DNA of 64,000 nt from Verrucomicrobiota bacterium (GTDB lineage: Bacteria > Verrucomicrobiota > Verrucomicrobiia > Verrucomicrobiales > DEV007): contig JASFYY010000004.1 of the NCBI GenBank assembly GCA_045046875.1, forward strand, positions 1 through 64,000, given 5' to 3'. The notes below the pieces were generated by a model, which saw nothing but the letters and a program-made list of their open reading frames with translations, was not told the DNA's origin and did not search any database. The position numbers were made by a program, and so were the translations under genes. Position 1 is the stretch's first letter. Every line of letters begins with the position of its first letter. Of the stretch, positions 47,246 to 57,359 are shown piece by piece.

Positions 47246-49579
47246 ATGATTAAAAATATTTCCAGACGTCTCGGTCTGAAGTTTCTTGGCCTCGGAACCC
47301 TTTTCACCTTTTATCGACCTGCTGAGAGTTTGGCTCAGGGGCCGCACTCGGATATCAAAACCACACGTCTCGATGCCTGGGGAAAAAGCCATGACCGGGT
47401 GTTTTTGGGGGGCGACTTCTGGGCCAATCCAATGGAGGATTGGATGGTGATCAAAGGCTGGGCGCAGTGTCAAACCGGAGCAGCTAATCGCAGTATCCAT
47501 TCGCTCACCCATCAATTAAACAACCTTGAAGGCAGCTTCGCCATGTCGGTGAAGGTTGGACCACAAGAAGCCGGTAAAAAAGCAGACGGTGGCGCCGGTT
47601 TTCGATTGGGAGTGCGCAGTGACCTCAACGAGCACCGCAGCAATGCTTTTGCCAGGGGCGGGATCCAGGCCGGACTGGTGGGTAAAAATCTGGTATTAGG
47701 TAATAAAAAGAAAAAGGTCAAAACCTTGGGCGAAGGTCAGGAGTTCGCACTTTATTTGATAGGAGAAGCTAAAGAGGGGGCTTTTCACCTGACCCTGAGT
47801 GCCACTTCCTTGAGTTCGGGAAAGCTGCTGGCGGTGCTCTCAAATGTGGTGCCGGCCAAAGGGGTGGAAGGCAACATTGCCTTGGTCAGCAATTACAAGG
47901 GAGCACCAAAACGCACAACGCAAAAAGGTTACCGTTTCAGTGATTGGAAGGTCGGCGGCGATGCTTTCAAAATTACTGAGAAAAACCGCTTCGGTCCTTT
48001 GTTGTGGTCGATGTATTCGCTAGGTGATACCCGTGGCGACGAGGGTTTTGTGATGAAGCTCAGCGCCTTGACCGGGCCGCTTGGTGAAAAGGATAATCAA
48101 GAAGTTGAACTTTTTTTACAACAAAACGGCCAGTGGAAATCGCATGGCAAAGCCCCACTCGATCCTGATGCCTGGGTCGCTACTTTTCGTCTACCTAAAT
48201 GGAATGAAAAAATGGAGACTCCTTACAAGCTGGTTTATATGGAGCAGCACAAGGATGGCAGCCAGACACCGTCCGAGTGGAGTGGTAAGATCAAAGCTAA
48301 TCCTGAAGGACGGGCGCTGCGGCTAGGAGCGCTCACTTGTCAGAACGACTACGCTTTTCCTTATGAACCGGTTGCCAACAATCTGGTGAAATTAGATCCC
48401 GACATGCTGTATTTTTCCGGAGACCAGTTGTATGAGAATCACGGTGGTTTTGGCATCATTCGTGATCCGGCTGATCCGGCGATTTTGAATTACCTGCGTA
48501 AATTTTATCAGTTTGGCTGGTCTTTCCGCGAAGCGATGAAAGACCGTCCGACGCTCTGCTTGCCGGATGATCACGATGTGTTTCAAGGCAATATATGGGG
48601 TGAAGGTGGGGCTAAAATGAAGGATCAGTCTGGTGGCGCTTCATCAAAAGGCGGTTATCGGGAGCCTGCTAAAATGGTCAATGTGGTTCATCGCACCAAT
48701 ACCGCACACCACCCTGACCCATTTGATTCCACGCCAAGCTTACAGGATATCAGTGTGTATTATGGCGAGATCCTTTATGGAGGTGTGAGCTTCGCGATTC
48801 TCGGTGATCGCCAATGGAAAAGCGGGCCGGAAAAAGTGGATACTGGCTCGGGACGGGCAGATCATGTTTATGATCCTGATTTTGATACCTCGGCATTAGA
48901 TAAACCCGGTTTGGTTTTATTGGGAGAGCGGCAGGAGGAATTCCTCAAACAGTGGGGCAAGGACTGGCGTGGACATACGATGAAAATTCTGCTCAGCCAA
49001 ACCGTTTTTTCCGGGGTCGCCACCCATCATGGCAAGTATGATGGTTACCTGAAAGCGGATCTGGATTCCGGAGCCTGGCCGCAAACTCCGCGTGACAACG
49101 CGATTAACATTATTCGCGAATCAAAAGCCCTGCATATCAATGGGGATCAGCATTTGACCACTTTGTCGCAGTATGGTGTCAATCAACAACGTGACAGCAA
49201 CTGGTCTTTCTGCACCCCGGCAATCGCTGCGGGTTATCCACGCTGGTGGCGTCCGGATGAAGTGGGCATGCTGCATCAGAATAGACCCAAGGCCAATCGT
49301 GAAAATACCGGTGAATACATCGATGGTTGTGGCAACAAAGTGTATGTTTACGCGGTGGGCAATCCAATTGTTCCAACCGAGAAAAATCGCTACAAAAAAG
49401 CGCACCAAAAAGGCAGCGGCTTTGGCCTGGTTACTATTGATAGCGAGAAAAAAACCTACGTGCTGGATAGCTTTCGCTTTTTGGTTGATGCCAGCGATGA
49501 TAAATCTGACAACCAGTTCCCCGGCTGGCCGGTGACGATCGAACAGAGGGAGAATGGTGGGGATAATGTGTTGTCTTGA
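47246..49579 (+). CDS. Tat-exported PhoD-like metallophosphatase
   Basis: SRRLGLK signal; [19 protein letters not shown] metal-binding motifs. Confidence 0.82.
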   Translation: MIKNISRRLGLKFLGLGTLFTFYRPAESLAQGPHSDIKTTRLDAWGKSHDRVFLGGDFWANPMEDWMVIKGWAQCQTGAANRSIHSLTHQLNNLEGSFAMSVKVGPQEAGKKADGGAGFRLGVRSDLNEHRSNAFARGGIQAGLVGKNLVLGNKKKKVKTLGEGQEFALYLIGEAKEGAFHLTLSATSLSSGKLLAVLSNVVPAKGVEGNIALVSNYKGAPKRTTQKGYRFSDWKVGGDAFKITEKNRFGPLLWSMYSLGDTRGDEGFVMKLSALTGPLGEKDNQEVELFLQQNGQWKSHGKAPLDPDAWVATFRLPKWNEKMETPYKLVYMEQHKDGSQTPSEWSGKIKANPEGRALRLGALTCQNDYAFPYEPVANNLVKLDPDMLYFSGDQLYENHGGFGIIRDPADPAILNYLRKFYQFGWSFREAMKDRPTLCLPDDHDVFQGNIWGEGGAKMKDQSGGASSKGGYREPAKMVNVVHRTNTAHHPDPFDSTPSLQDISVYYGEILYGGVSFAILGDRQWKSGPEKVDTGSGRADHVYDPDFDTSALDKPGLVLLGERQEEFLKQWGKDWRGHTMKILLSQTVFSGVATHHGKYDGYLKADLDSGAWPQTPRDNAINIIRESKALHINGDQHLTTLSQYGVNQQRDSNWSFCTPAIAAGYPRWWRPDEVGMLHQNRPKANRENTGEYIDGCGNKVYVYAVGNPIVPTEKNRYKKAHQKGSGFGLVTIDSEKKTYVLDSFRFLVDASDDKSDNQFPGWPVTIEQRENGGDNVLS

Positions 49580-49692
49580 ATAACTTTCGCTAAGGTTGTG
49601 ACCTCCGCGGCTAATTCTTTCCTATTTCATAAGGAAAGATATTGATGGCGTGTCATCCACGGAGGGTTGGCCGTCCATGCGGCTTGGAGCTA

Positions 49693-51036
49693 TTAGTTTT
49701 TCTCAATAAATTCCACTAATCTTTCAGTTAGTAGTTTTGCACCGGAAATGTGAAGGTGGTCGATGTCGGAGAAATGTTCGTGTTTGAATTCGTGATGGCC
49801 ACTCTGGTGGATGTCGAGAAAATGAACGGATGAAAATTTTTCACTGAGGATTTTTAATTTTTCCACCAATCGAGCATAATCAGCTTTGCCGGTATCATCA
49901 CCATCAATTACCGCAGTGTCCGCAACCAAGGGGTGGTAGGGGGGAGTGAAGAGCAGGACTTTGATTTTGCTTTGCGCTAATTTTTCCACCGATTTTTGGA
50001 AGCGTAGCCAAGCCTTGTCGTTCCAAGTGAATTGCGGATTTCGGCATTCCTTCAGCATGGCTTTGCGGGTGTCGTCCGACAGTGGGACTGCAAAATCGCG
50101 GGTTTCCCTTTTTGCCCAACCCCAGGGATGCAACTTGCTGCCGAGAGTTTCTCTGATTTGATCGAAGGTGGCCGGTTTTGCTGACGTGGTTTTATTGATT
50201 AGTTGCTGCCAGTGTTGCTGATCGTAGAGGTACCCCGGACTTTTTTGAAACAGTTGAGCCCGTCGATCGATGGCGTAATTCTGATTAAATATTCGAGGAC
50301 TTATTCCCCATATTACCCATTCAAGACGGGGGAGGTTGGCGAGGTATTGGTCCGCCAAGAGGCTTTGAAATTCAATGCCACTGCCAGCTGGGGATAAATT
50401 CAAGGCAACAGGCACGTCGGTGTTGCCCGGTTGATAGAACAACTCCGGATCTACAGCGGCGGCACTATGCGAATTACCCAGCACGGCGAGTTTTAACTGG
50501 TGGCGGATCAGCCAATAGACTTGCAGGCGCCGGGTGATATCGCTGCGGTAATCATAACGCAGGTTCTTGGGAGGAGTGTAGTCTTCAGGGATGGGGGTGA
50601 GGTCGTAGTAGATTTTTTCTTCGGGATCAAAATCCAGATCGTTGCGTTGATAAACAGACTTGAGCTCTGGCAGGGATGAGAGCGGAGTTAGGTAGAGGGT
50701 TTGTATCGTTCCCTGTTGAGCGGTGAGTGGTAAATTCTGTTTATTGGTGATCGCCCACTGGGCGATACGAATTTTATCCGAGTCGGGCTTTTTACCGTCA
50801 AAGACTTCCACTATTTGGTATTCATTGATGATCAAAGCTTCTTCGTAAGGGCTGATTTGATCCAAAGTGGGGACGGTAGAACTTTGAGTGAGAGTGACTT
50901 TGAGGTGAAGATCAACCGTTGTACCGGTGTTATTATCTGAAATCTCACTGATTTCATTTTCACAGCTACTCACACACATGGCTACTGCCGCTATGATCAC
51001 CCAGGAGAATAATAGAGTTGGGTAAGGGCTACGCAT
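49693..51036 (-). CDS. Hypothetical lipoprotein with C-terminal SGNH-like (DltD/AlgX-like) domain
   Basis: Lipobox VSSC; VLGNSH and FSDIDHL catalytic-like motifs. Alternative start at 51057. Confidence 0.65.
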   Translation of the reverse strand: MRSPYPTLLFSWVIIAAVAMCVSSCENEISEISDNNTGTTVDLHLKVTLTQSSTVPTLDQISPYEEALIINEYQIVEVFDGKKPDSDKIRIAQWAITNKQNLPLTAQQGTIQTLYLTPLSSLPELKSVYQRNDLDFDPEEKIYYDLTPIPEDYTPPKNLRYDYRSDITRRLQVYWLIRHQLKLAVLGNSHSAAAVDPELFYQPGNTDVPVALNLSPAGSGIEFQSLLADQYLANLPRLEWVIWGISPRIFNQNYAIDRRAQLFQKSPGYLYDQQHWQQLINKTTSAKPATFDQIRETLGSKLHPWGWAKRETRDFAVPLSDDTRKAMLKECRNPQFTWNDKAWLRFQKSVEKLAQSKIKVLLFTPPYHPLVADTAVIDGDDTGKADYARLVEKLKILSEKFSSVHFLDIHQSGHHEFKHEHFSDIDHLHISGAKLLTERLVEFIEKN

Positions 51037-51170
51037 AGGTGGGCGGGATAAAGTCATCAAATAGAGGCAAGGGTTCCACAAAAAGAAGGTTTCGCCAGTG
51101 CGCTTTATGACCCCAAAAGAGTGAAATATTCCATTGATTCCGCTTTGGCAGGCGGGGGAATTCGGCTAGA

Positions 51171-53192
51171 GTGGTAACTGTGTTGAGCAAAATACCCTCG
51201 AGAATCCTTTTAACGACAAGCTATTGCGTTGTGGTTTGCTGTTTGGCGCTGTCTCCATCCTACGCTCAACAGGCGGAGAAAAAAGTAGCAGAGAACTTGC
51301 AAGGCAAACAAGCCGTAGCAAAAAAAACGCCAGAAAGTGCACAGGCTGTGGCAAGTAAAGAGGAGCTGCCGGGAAAAGTAGTTGTCGACCCGATCCCTTC
51401 ACAGTTCGAATTATGGGCGGACCGTTTGGGTTTCAACTGGCAATTGATGCAGAGTGGAGCCTTGCAATCCGGACCACTCAGTTATTACCAATCGGCGATG
51501 GGCTTGGTGATCAATGGCAAGGCGTTCAAAGCAGCCAAGGCTGAACGTTTGGATGATGGTGCGGTGAAAGAGGGGCAGCAGGGGCGTTTGTTATTAAGTA
51601 GCGAAGCGGAGGGGGTGCTGGTTTCACGGGATGTCTGGTTTGACCCCGAACGTGGAGGGGTTCGATATGTTGATTCTTTTTCCAATGCAAAAGGCAAAGC
51701 GGCGGTGCGTCTGACGCTACAGCTAAAGACGATGTTTCGATCCAGTTGGCAGGATCTGCATGGCAGTTCGGGCAAAATCATGGGAGGGCGGGATTCCAGC
51801 AATTTGGGTTCACGGGATCACGCGGTATTGATCAAATACAGCCGTTCGGACGGGCGGCCGGATACGGTGGTTTTAGTAGCGGGTGACGGCGAAGTAAAAA
51901 AACCCAAACTGGCTTTCTCTTCGAATCACCGGGAGTTGTCTTTTATTTATCAATTGGAAGTTCCCGCTGGTGGCAAGGTGGCATTGGTGCATTGGATCAT
52001 GCAACGCAATCTGGGGTCACCGGATGAAGTGGACGAAGTGCTGCGGCCCTTTTATTTACGCCGCCGCTTGTTGCAACCGCAGGTGAAACGCGGGTTGGTG
52101 AAAGTGGTGGCTAATTTTTCTGAAGCGGCTCTACCTGAAAACACGGTGCAACCGTATTCCTTGGAATCCCTGGTGGCTTTGAAGCAGGCGACCCGGCCTT
52201 ATGGTGCCCAGCGCTTGTGGGAAGATGTGTTGTGGATCACCGCAGAGAACCAGTTGGCCGGCACGGTGAATGAAAACGCAAAATTGAAGATCAAGACGGC
52301 ACTGGGAGAGCGAAACGTGGCGATTGGCCAGGTGGCTGCGATTCAAGGGGGGGGCGGGGTAGGACGCACACCGAGGGTGTTTTTGCGGGACGGTCAGGTT
52401 TTGGCGGGGAATATCGAAGCTCGGGATCTGAGCATGACCAGCCGTGATGGTTGGGACATGGAGTTGAAAGTGGAGGACTTGATGTTTTTGCTGACGCAGT
52501 TGCGGGAGATCGACGGTAAAGCACCGGAGGGGACGAGCAAGTTTGTGGCTTTACGTAGTGGTGACGTGCTGGCCGTTGACGAGGCAACTGCGAGCCGTGT
52601 GAAATTGGATGTATTAAGTCCCTGGGGGGCGGATCGTTTGTCTTTGACGCAGATCGAGTCTCTGCGCTACACCAATGGGGCAGTGCCCAAGTATCGACTG
52701 CACCGCAATGACGGTTCCTGGATGAGCGTGTTTCTCAGTGGTGAGGATCTGGATTTGAAAATTCCCGCAGCTGATCCGGTGCAAGTGAGTCCAAGTGAAA
52801 TCGCAGGAATTTGGAGTATAGGAAAGCCCGATTTGCAGAATAAAGCCGATGACGATGAGTGGTTGGACTTTGAAGATATCGGAGAAAGGGCAAGTTTGCC
52901 GACGCCGTGTTGCCTGTTGGTGGGTAGCAATTTACTGCATGGCAAAATCTCAATGGATGTTTTGCATTTGGTATCAGGGGCTGCCGTGACAAAGATAAAC
53001 CCCGGAGAAATCGTATCTATGGAACGCGTGGATGACCAGAGTGTGCTGCCGGTATTTAATCTGGAATTGAGCGGTGGTAATCGCTTGAAAGGCAAGCTGC
53101 GCGAACGTTCGTTGACCGTGAAAACTTCAGCGCGCACTTGGGAGATTCCGGTGCAGCATTTTATTTCTTATCTTAACAAGGAGGTGAAATGA
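51171..53192 (+). CDS. Secreted hypothetical protein A: beta-sandwich-like N-domain plus six tandem ~45-aa beta repeats
   Basis: Signal peptide; paralogous to 53189..55291 (RVFLRDGQV shared). The start may be GTG 51180. Confidence 0.75.
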   Translation: MVTVLSKIPSRILLTTSYCVVVCCLALSPSYAQQAEKKVAENLQGKQAVAKKTPESAQAVASKEELPGKVVVDPIPSQFELWADRLGFNWQLMQSGALQSGPLSYYQSAMGLVINGKAFKAAKAERLDDGAVKEGQQGRLLLSSEAEGVLVSRDVWFDPERGGVRYVDSFSNAKGKAAVRLTLQLKTMFRSSWQDLHGSSGKIMGGRDSSNLGSRDHAVLIKYSRSDGRPDTVVLVAGDGEVKKPKLAFSSNHRELSFIYQLEVPAGGKVALVHWIMQRNLGSPDEVDEVLRPFYLRRRLLQPQVKRGLVKVVANFSEAALPENTVQPYSLESLVALKQATRPYGAQRLWEDVLWITAENQLAGTVNENAKLKIKTALGERNVAIGQVAAIQGGGGVGRTPRVFLRDGQVLAGNIEARDLSMTSRDGWDMELKVEDLMFLLTQLREIDGKAPEGTSKFVALRSGDVLAVDEATASRVKLDVLSPWGADRLSLTQIESLRYTNGAVPKYRLHRNDGSWMSVFLSGEDLDLKIPAADPVQVSPSEIAGIWSIGKPDLQNKADDDEWLDFEDIGERASLPTPCCLLVGSNLLHGKISMDVLHLVSGAAVTKINPGEIVSMERVDDQSVLPVFNLELSGGNRLKGKLRERSLTVKTSARTWEIPVQHFISYLNKEVK

Positions 53193-55291
53193 GATCAGCC
53201 CAGTATCATTGTTTCAGCTTCTTCAGCCTAGCGTTGCTCCTTTGTCTGGCTTTGTGTTTTGTCTCTCCTGTTGAGACGGCGGCACAAAACAACCCTGCGG
53301 GCAAGACCCAAAAACCGGTAAAAGTCGAACGTCTGGTTCCCGCGGCGATGGGCATACGAACGGACAAGCAGGGCAATAGTTGGAATGTCGAGCAAAACGG
53401 CAATCTGGGCAGGGTCGGTAACAATATGATGGTGAACAGTGGGCTCAGCTTGTACATCAATAATCAACAGTTTTACACCTACCAGCCAATGATGACGGCG
53501 GACGGCTCTGAGTATGTGCTGCATAACCGACGGAGCTCAGCGATGATGGGTTTGCAAGTAGTGAGAAGAATTCGCCTATTGGAAAAGCAGGGGGTGATGC
53601 GCTATTTGGAAGTTTTGACCAATACCACGTCCAACCCTTTGACCGTCAATCTCAGCTTGCGAACTAATTTCAGTGGCAATTACAAAAACTTCATCAGCAA
53701 TGACGGGCGTTCCAATTCGGTGATGATGGGAGCGAGGGAGAGCGGCGTATTGGTGATGCCAGGGTCAAACCAGATCAACCGGGCGTTTATTTTTTCATTG
53801 TGTTCGGAAAAAAGCGCGCTCAAACCGAGCATCAGTAGTCAGAATAAATACGCACTGAATTTTCAATACAACGTATCCATGGCGCCGGGCCAAACGGTGG
53901 TATTGGCTCATGCGGTGACCCAGGTGCCTTTACCTACGAGCTTTGAGCGCAAAACGATGAGGCGTCTTTTTCGTCCGGTGACCCTCGCCAGACTTCAGTC
54001 TTCGATTCCTCGAGGGCTAAGAAACCTGGTGATTAATTACATGGGGAATACGCTTTCAGGGGGAGTGGCTTTGATGGAGGGTTCCGATGTGCAGGGGCTT
54101 GGAGTGGATCGTTCGAGCCGCGATACACTGGCGATGGGGGAGAAAACACGATTGCTCGGCAAAGCCATCTGTTCCAGGCTGACAATAAATACCGTTTATG
54201 GGCAGGCTGAGATTCCTTTTGAAAAAGTCGCGGCGCTGGTGGGCGGCAACCGGGGACGTCGGGATGGGGCCCGGGTATTTCTGCGGGATGGACAGGTGTT
54301 CAGCGGTGCAGTGGAGGTGAAAGGTTTGCGTTTTGTGATGGCCGGAGGCGGCAGCATGAATCTCGATGTGAGCAAACTCGATCGTTTGGTGATGGGGAAA
54401 ATCGCCGACGAGGGCAAGTGGGATCGCCGTGTGGGGGCGATGCTGGAAACTTATGGCGGAGATCGTTTGGCTGCAGTTGATGGAGCGGTGTTGAACTTTT
54501 CGGGTATGACTTCATGGGGTCCGTTGACATTCAACTTGGAGGACATCGCGTGGATGGCCCCGCAAGAAGAAGAGGCGGTGGGGCATTATGTGGAGTTCAA
54601 AAACGGGGCGCGAAATTTTGTCTATCTGATGGGTGATCAGGTGACTTTGGATTTAGCATTTTTTGGCCAACAAAAAATCAAGCTGCACGAAATCCGGGCA
54701 GTGGTGACGCGTGTTTCAATTGAACGCAGCGAAGCGGTCAAATCGGGAAAGGTGGCGATTTCGGAAGATGGTCCGGTGATTCTGGAGCCTTATCTAAAAG
54801 CGGCGGGCAACCAGTTGATTATCGGCAAAGTGACCAATGGCCTGCTCAGGGTATTGACTCACACCGAAACGGTAGAGGTGAGGCCGGATGAAGTTCGCTT
54901 AATGAAAAATGTCAGCGAAGACCTTGGTAGCGATGAAGGAGAGAACTCAATGTTTCGATTTGAACTGTGGGGCGGAGGAGTGATCACCGGTTACCTGGCT
55001 GAGAATTTTTTATCACTACGGGTTCGGGGTAAGGATTGGCGGGTGCCTCTTCGCGATGTGAGGGAGTTGGTAACTCCGGTACCGCAACTTGGAGAAACGG
55101 TGCGCAAGGACCTTTCCCGTCTCATTCGTCAGATGGGGGCAGCTGAGTGGCAGATGAGGGAAAAGGCGAGTGAAGGGCTGCTTGAATTCGGTTACCTGGC
55201 CAAATCAATTCTGGAACAGGAATACCAGACCAACAGCGATCCTGAAGTGCGCAGACGAATCGGGCAGGTATTGGCAAAACTGGGGCAATGA
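53189..55291 (+). CDS. Secreted hypothetical protein B: paralog of A with six beta repeats and a C-terminal HEAT-like unit
   Basis: ATGA overlap with the previous gene; signal peptide; C-terminal LIRQMGAAEWQMREKAS...SDPEVRRRI. Confidence 0.78.
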   Translation: MRSAQYHCFSFFSLALLLCLALCFVSPVETAAQNNPAGKTQKPVKVERLVPAAMGIRTDKQGNSWNVEQNGNLGRVGNNMMVNSGLSLYINNQQFYTYQPMMTADGSEYVLHNRRSSAMMGLQVVRRIRLLEKQGVMRYLEVLTNTTSNPLTVNLSLRTNFSGNYKNFISNDGRSNSVMMGARESGVLVMPGSNQINRAFIFSLCSEKSALKPSISSQNKYALNFQYNVSMAPGQTVVLAHAVTQVPLPTSFERKTMRRLFRPVTLARLQSSIPRGLRNLVINYMGNTLSGGVALMEGSDVQGLGVDRSSRDTLAMGEKTRLLGKAICSRLTINTVYGQAEIPFEKVAALVGGNRGRRDGARVFLRDGQVFSGAVEVKGLRFVMAGGGSMNLDVSKLDRLVMGKIADEGKWDRRVGAMLETYGGDRLAAVDGAVLNFSGMTSWGPLTFNLEDIAWMAPQEEEAVGHYVEFKNGARNFVYLMGDQVTLDLAFFGQQKIKLHEIRAVVTRVSIERSEAVKSGKVAISEDGPVILEPYLKAAGNQLIIGKVTNGLLRVLTHTETVEVRPDEVRLMKNVSEDLGSDEGENSMFRFELWGGGVITGYLAENFLSLRVRGKDWRVPLRDVRELVTPVPQLGETVRKDLSRLIRQMGAAEWQMREKASEGLLEFGYLAKSILEQEYQTNSDPEVRRRIGQVLAKLGQ

Positions 55292-55304
55292 GTAATAAAT
55301 TTGA

Positions 55305-57257
55305 ATGAGCGAGGCAAGCGCCAGTGACGCGGGGAAACCAGAGCGAGAAGATGTGAAAACGGAGGAACTTTCACTATCAGTCTTGGCGCGTCTGGTTCAA
55401 TCGCGTTTGGCGGGGATCCGTTTCCGTGAATGGTTGAAACAAGGCCAGGTCATTGTGCCGGTGATCGCCATACTGGGCATTGTAGCTTTGAGGGTATGGG
55501 GGCATTGGAACTCGGGCGAAATTTGGGTGGCTTTGACTCTGTTATTTGTTTGGTTGGCGCTGGGCGCTTTATGGACCCGGCTTCATCTTCCCAACTCCCT
55601 GACCGCATTGATGGTGTGGGATGAACGCTCCGGATCAAAGGATATGTTTGCGTCAGCTTTGTCTTTTGAGCAAAAAGAAGAGCTGATCAGCGAAGGCGAA
55701 AAACGGCATCTGTTGAATGTTCGAAACAAGTTGCCCGATGCGCGTGGGCAGGTAGAGGAAACTCTGCCCCTGCCTTCGATCAGAACCGCCGTTTTGATGA
55801 TGGCCTTGCTTTTGTTTTTTGCTTTGCTGCCGGTTTTGCGCCCGGGCATTGCTGCAGGGGATGCGCGCCTATCCGATGAGATGCTGAATGAAGCCCAACA
55901 CCAGGGGGATCTTTTGGCAAACAAGGATGAAGCTTTCAAATCGATGGAAGGCCTGACTGAAGAGGAAAAAGCAGCGGCTAAAAAATTACAGGAAATGGTG
56001 AAAGGGGTCTCTGAGGAATTGAATAAATCCGAAGGGAAAAGTGCGCGTGAAGTATTAAGTGCGCTTGAGCAGCGCGCCCGGGCGGCAGAAAAACTGGCTA
56101 AGAAACTAGCAGCCGGCACCGATGCCTGGGCATCGGATGAGATGTTGAAAGAGATGAGCCAGCACGCGGATCTGGCGGATTTGGCCAGCGCATTAAAAGA
56201 CAAAAACGCGCAATTGGGTTCGGCGGAATCAGACCGCTTGGAAAGCATGTTGGATGATCCTGAAATCAAGGAGGAAGTGCAACAACGGATGAATACGGCA
56301 TTGGCCCGCACTATGAAAGCTGCCAATAAGGAGGATAAAAGCAAGCCTGTTGGTGAGCATGTGGGTAATGCTTCAATTAAAATGGAAAGCAAGCAGCCCA
56401 AACCCGCAGCGCGGGACTTTGGACGTTTGGCGGATCATTTTCGCAAGTTGGCGCGTCGCGAAGCGGCGCAGAAAAAAATGCAGGAGCTGGCCAATCAATT
56501 ACGTGAGGCCGGAAGTAAAATCAGCGGCAGCAAATTGCAGCAAATGAAAAAGCTGGCGAGTAACAAAGCGGGAGCCAAGATGCCCAAAGGGATGAAACCT
56601 TTGCAAGCGGGTAAGGCTGGCAAACCCGGTGCTTCGATGGCCAATAACCCGATCAATCAACAAAGCACCTCACAGTCACAACTGCCTATTCCTGGGATTC
56701 AGAACCAACCTTCGGGTGCGGGGCAAATGAAACCGGGGGGAGCCGCGCCGGTTCCGGGTTCTAAAAATCCACAGCAAGGACCTGGGAAAGGGCCGGGCAA
56801 GGCGATGGCGATGGGGCAAGGTCAGGGCAAAAAATCCGGAGCACCCGGATTGATGGCTCCAGTTCCCGGGCAGGGGCAGGGAATGAAAGCACCTGGTGCG
56901 GGATTGGGAGCAGGACAGGGTAATGGAAGTAGCGCGGGCTCGGCGGTGGCTGCTGCAGGGGGGCAGAATGTGGGCAACGGAACAACAGGTTTGGCATCGA
57001 ATCAAACAGCGGCTCAGAAAGCGGTGAGGGATTCAAAAGTAGCCGCACAAATCAATGCGGATGGAGAATCCACGACGCGCTCGGTGCAGGGCAAAGCACG
57101 GCAGGAAACGGCACAACGTGAACGACAGCAGGCAGCGGTGGATTTCATCAAGGTAGAGGAACAGGCTCTGGACGAGCAATCTTTACCTTTGTCGCGCAGA
57201 GATCATGTGCTCAAGTATTTCACTGCCCTGAGGGAACGATTTAAAGAAGAAAAATAA
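55305..57257 (+). CDS. Membrane protein with coiled coil and Gly/Gln/Pro-rich linker (MoxR-operon associated, DUF4175-like architecture)
   Basis: Three TM helices, long helical region, low-complexity GQG/PG segment, C-terminal EQSLPLSRRDHVLKYF. Confidence 0.75.
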   Translation: MSEASASDAGKPEREDVKTEELSLSVLARLVQSRLAGIRFREWLKQGQVIVPVIAILGIVALRVWGHWNSGEIWVALTLLFVWLALGALWTRLHLPNSLTALMVWDERSGSKDMFASALSFEQKEELISEGEKRHLLNVRNKLPDARGQVEETLPLPSIRTAVLMMALLLFFALLPVLRPGIAAGDARLSDEMLNEAQHQGDLLANKDEAFKSMEGLTEEEKAAAKKLQEMVKGVSEELNKSEGKSAREVLSALEQRARAAEKLAKKLAAGTDAWASDEMLKEMSQHADLADLASALKDKNAQLGSAESDRLESMLDDPEIKEEVQQRMNTALARTMKAANKEDKSKPVGEHVGNASIKMESKQPKPAARDFGRLADHFRKLARREAAQKKMQELANQLREAGSKISGSKLQQMKKLASNKAGAKMPKGMKPLQAGKAGKPGASMANNPINQQSTSQSQLPIPGIQNQPSGAGQMKPGGAAPVPGSKNPQQGPGKGPGKAMAMGQGQGKKSGAPGLMAPVPGQGQGMKAPGAGLGAGQGNGSSAGSAVAAAGGQNVGNGTTGLASNQTAAQKAVRDSKVAAQINADGESTTRSVQGKARQETAQRERQQAAVDFIKVEEQALDEQSLPLSRRDHVLKYFTALRERFKEEK

Positions 57258-57304
57258 CCTACAGATTTTATTGGAAAACAAAGGAAGTGTAGCGCTTGGA
57301 TATT

Positions 57305-57346
57305 CTGAATCCTGACTACTGAATCCTGACTACTGAATCCTGACTA
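57305..57346. repeat. 14-bp tandem repeat x3 (paired heptamers)
   Basis: (CTGAATCCTGACTA)x3 ending 13 bp before the moxR ATG. Confidence 0.92.
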
Positions 57347-57359
57347 CTAAAAAAAAGAT

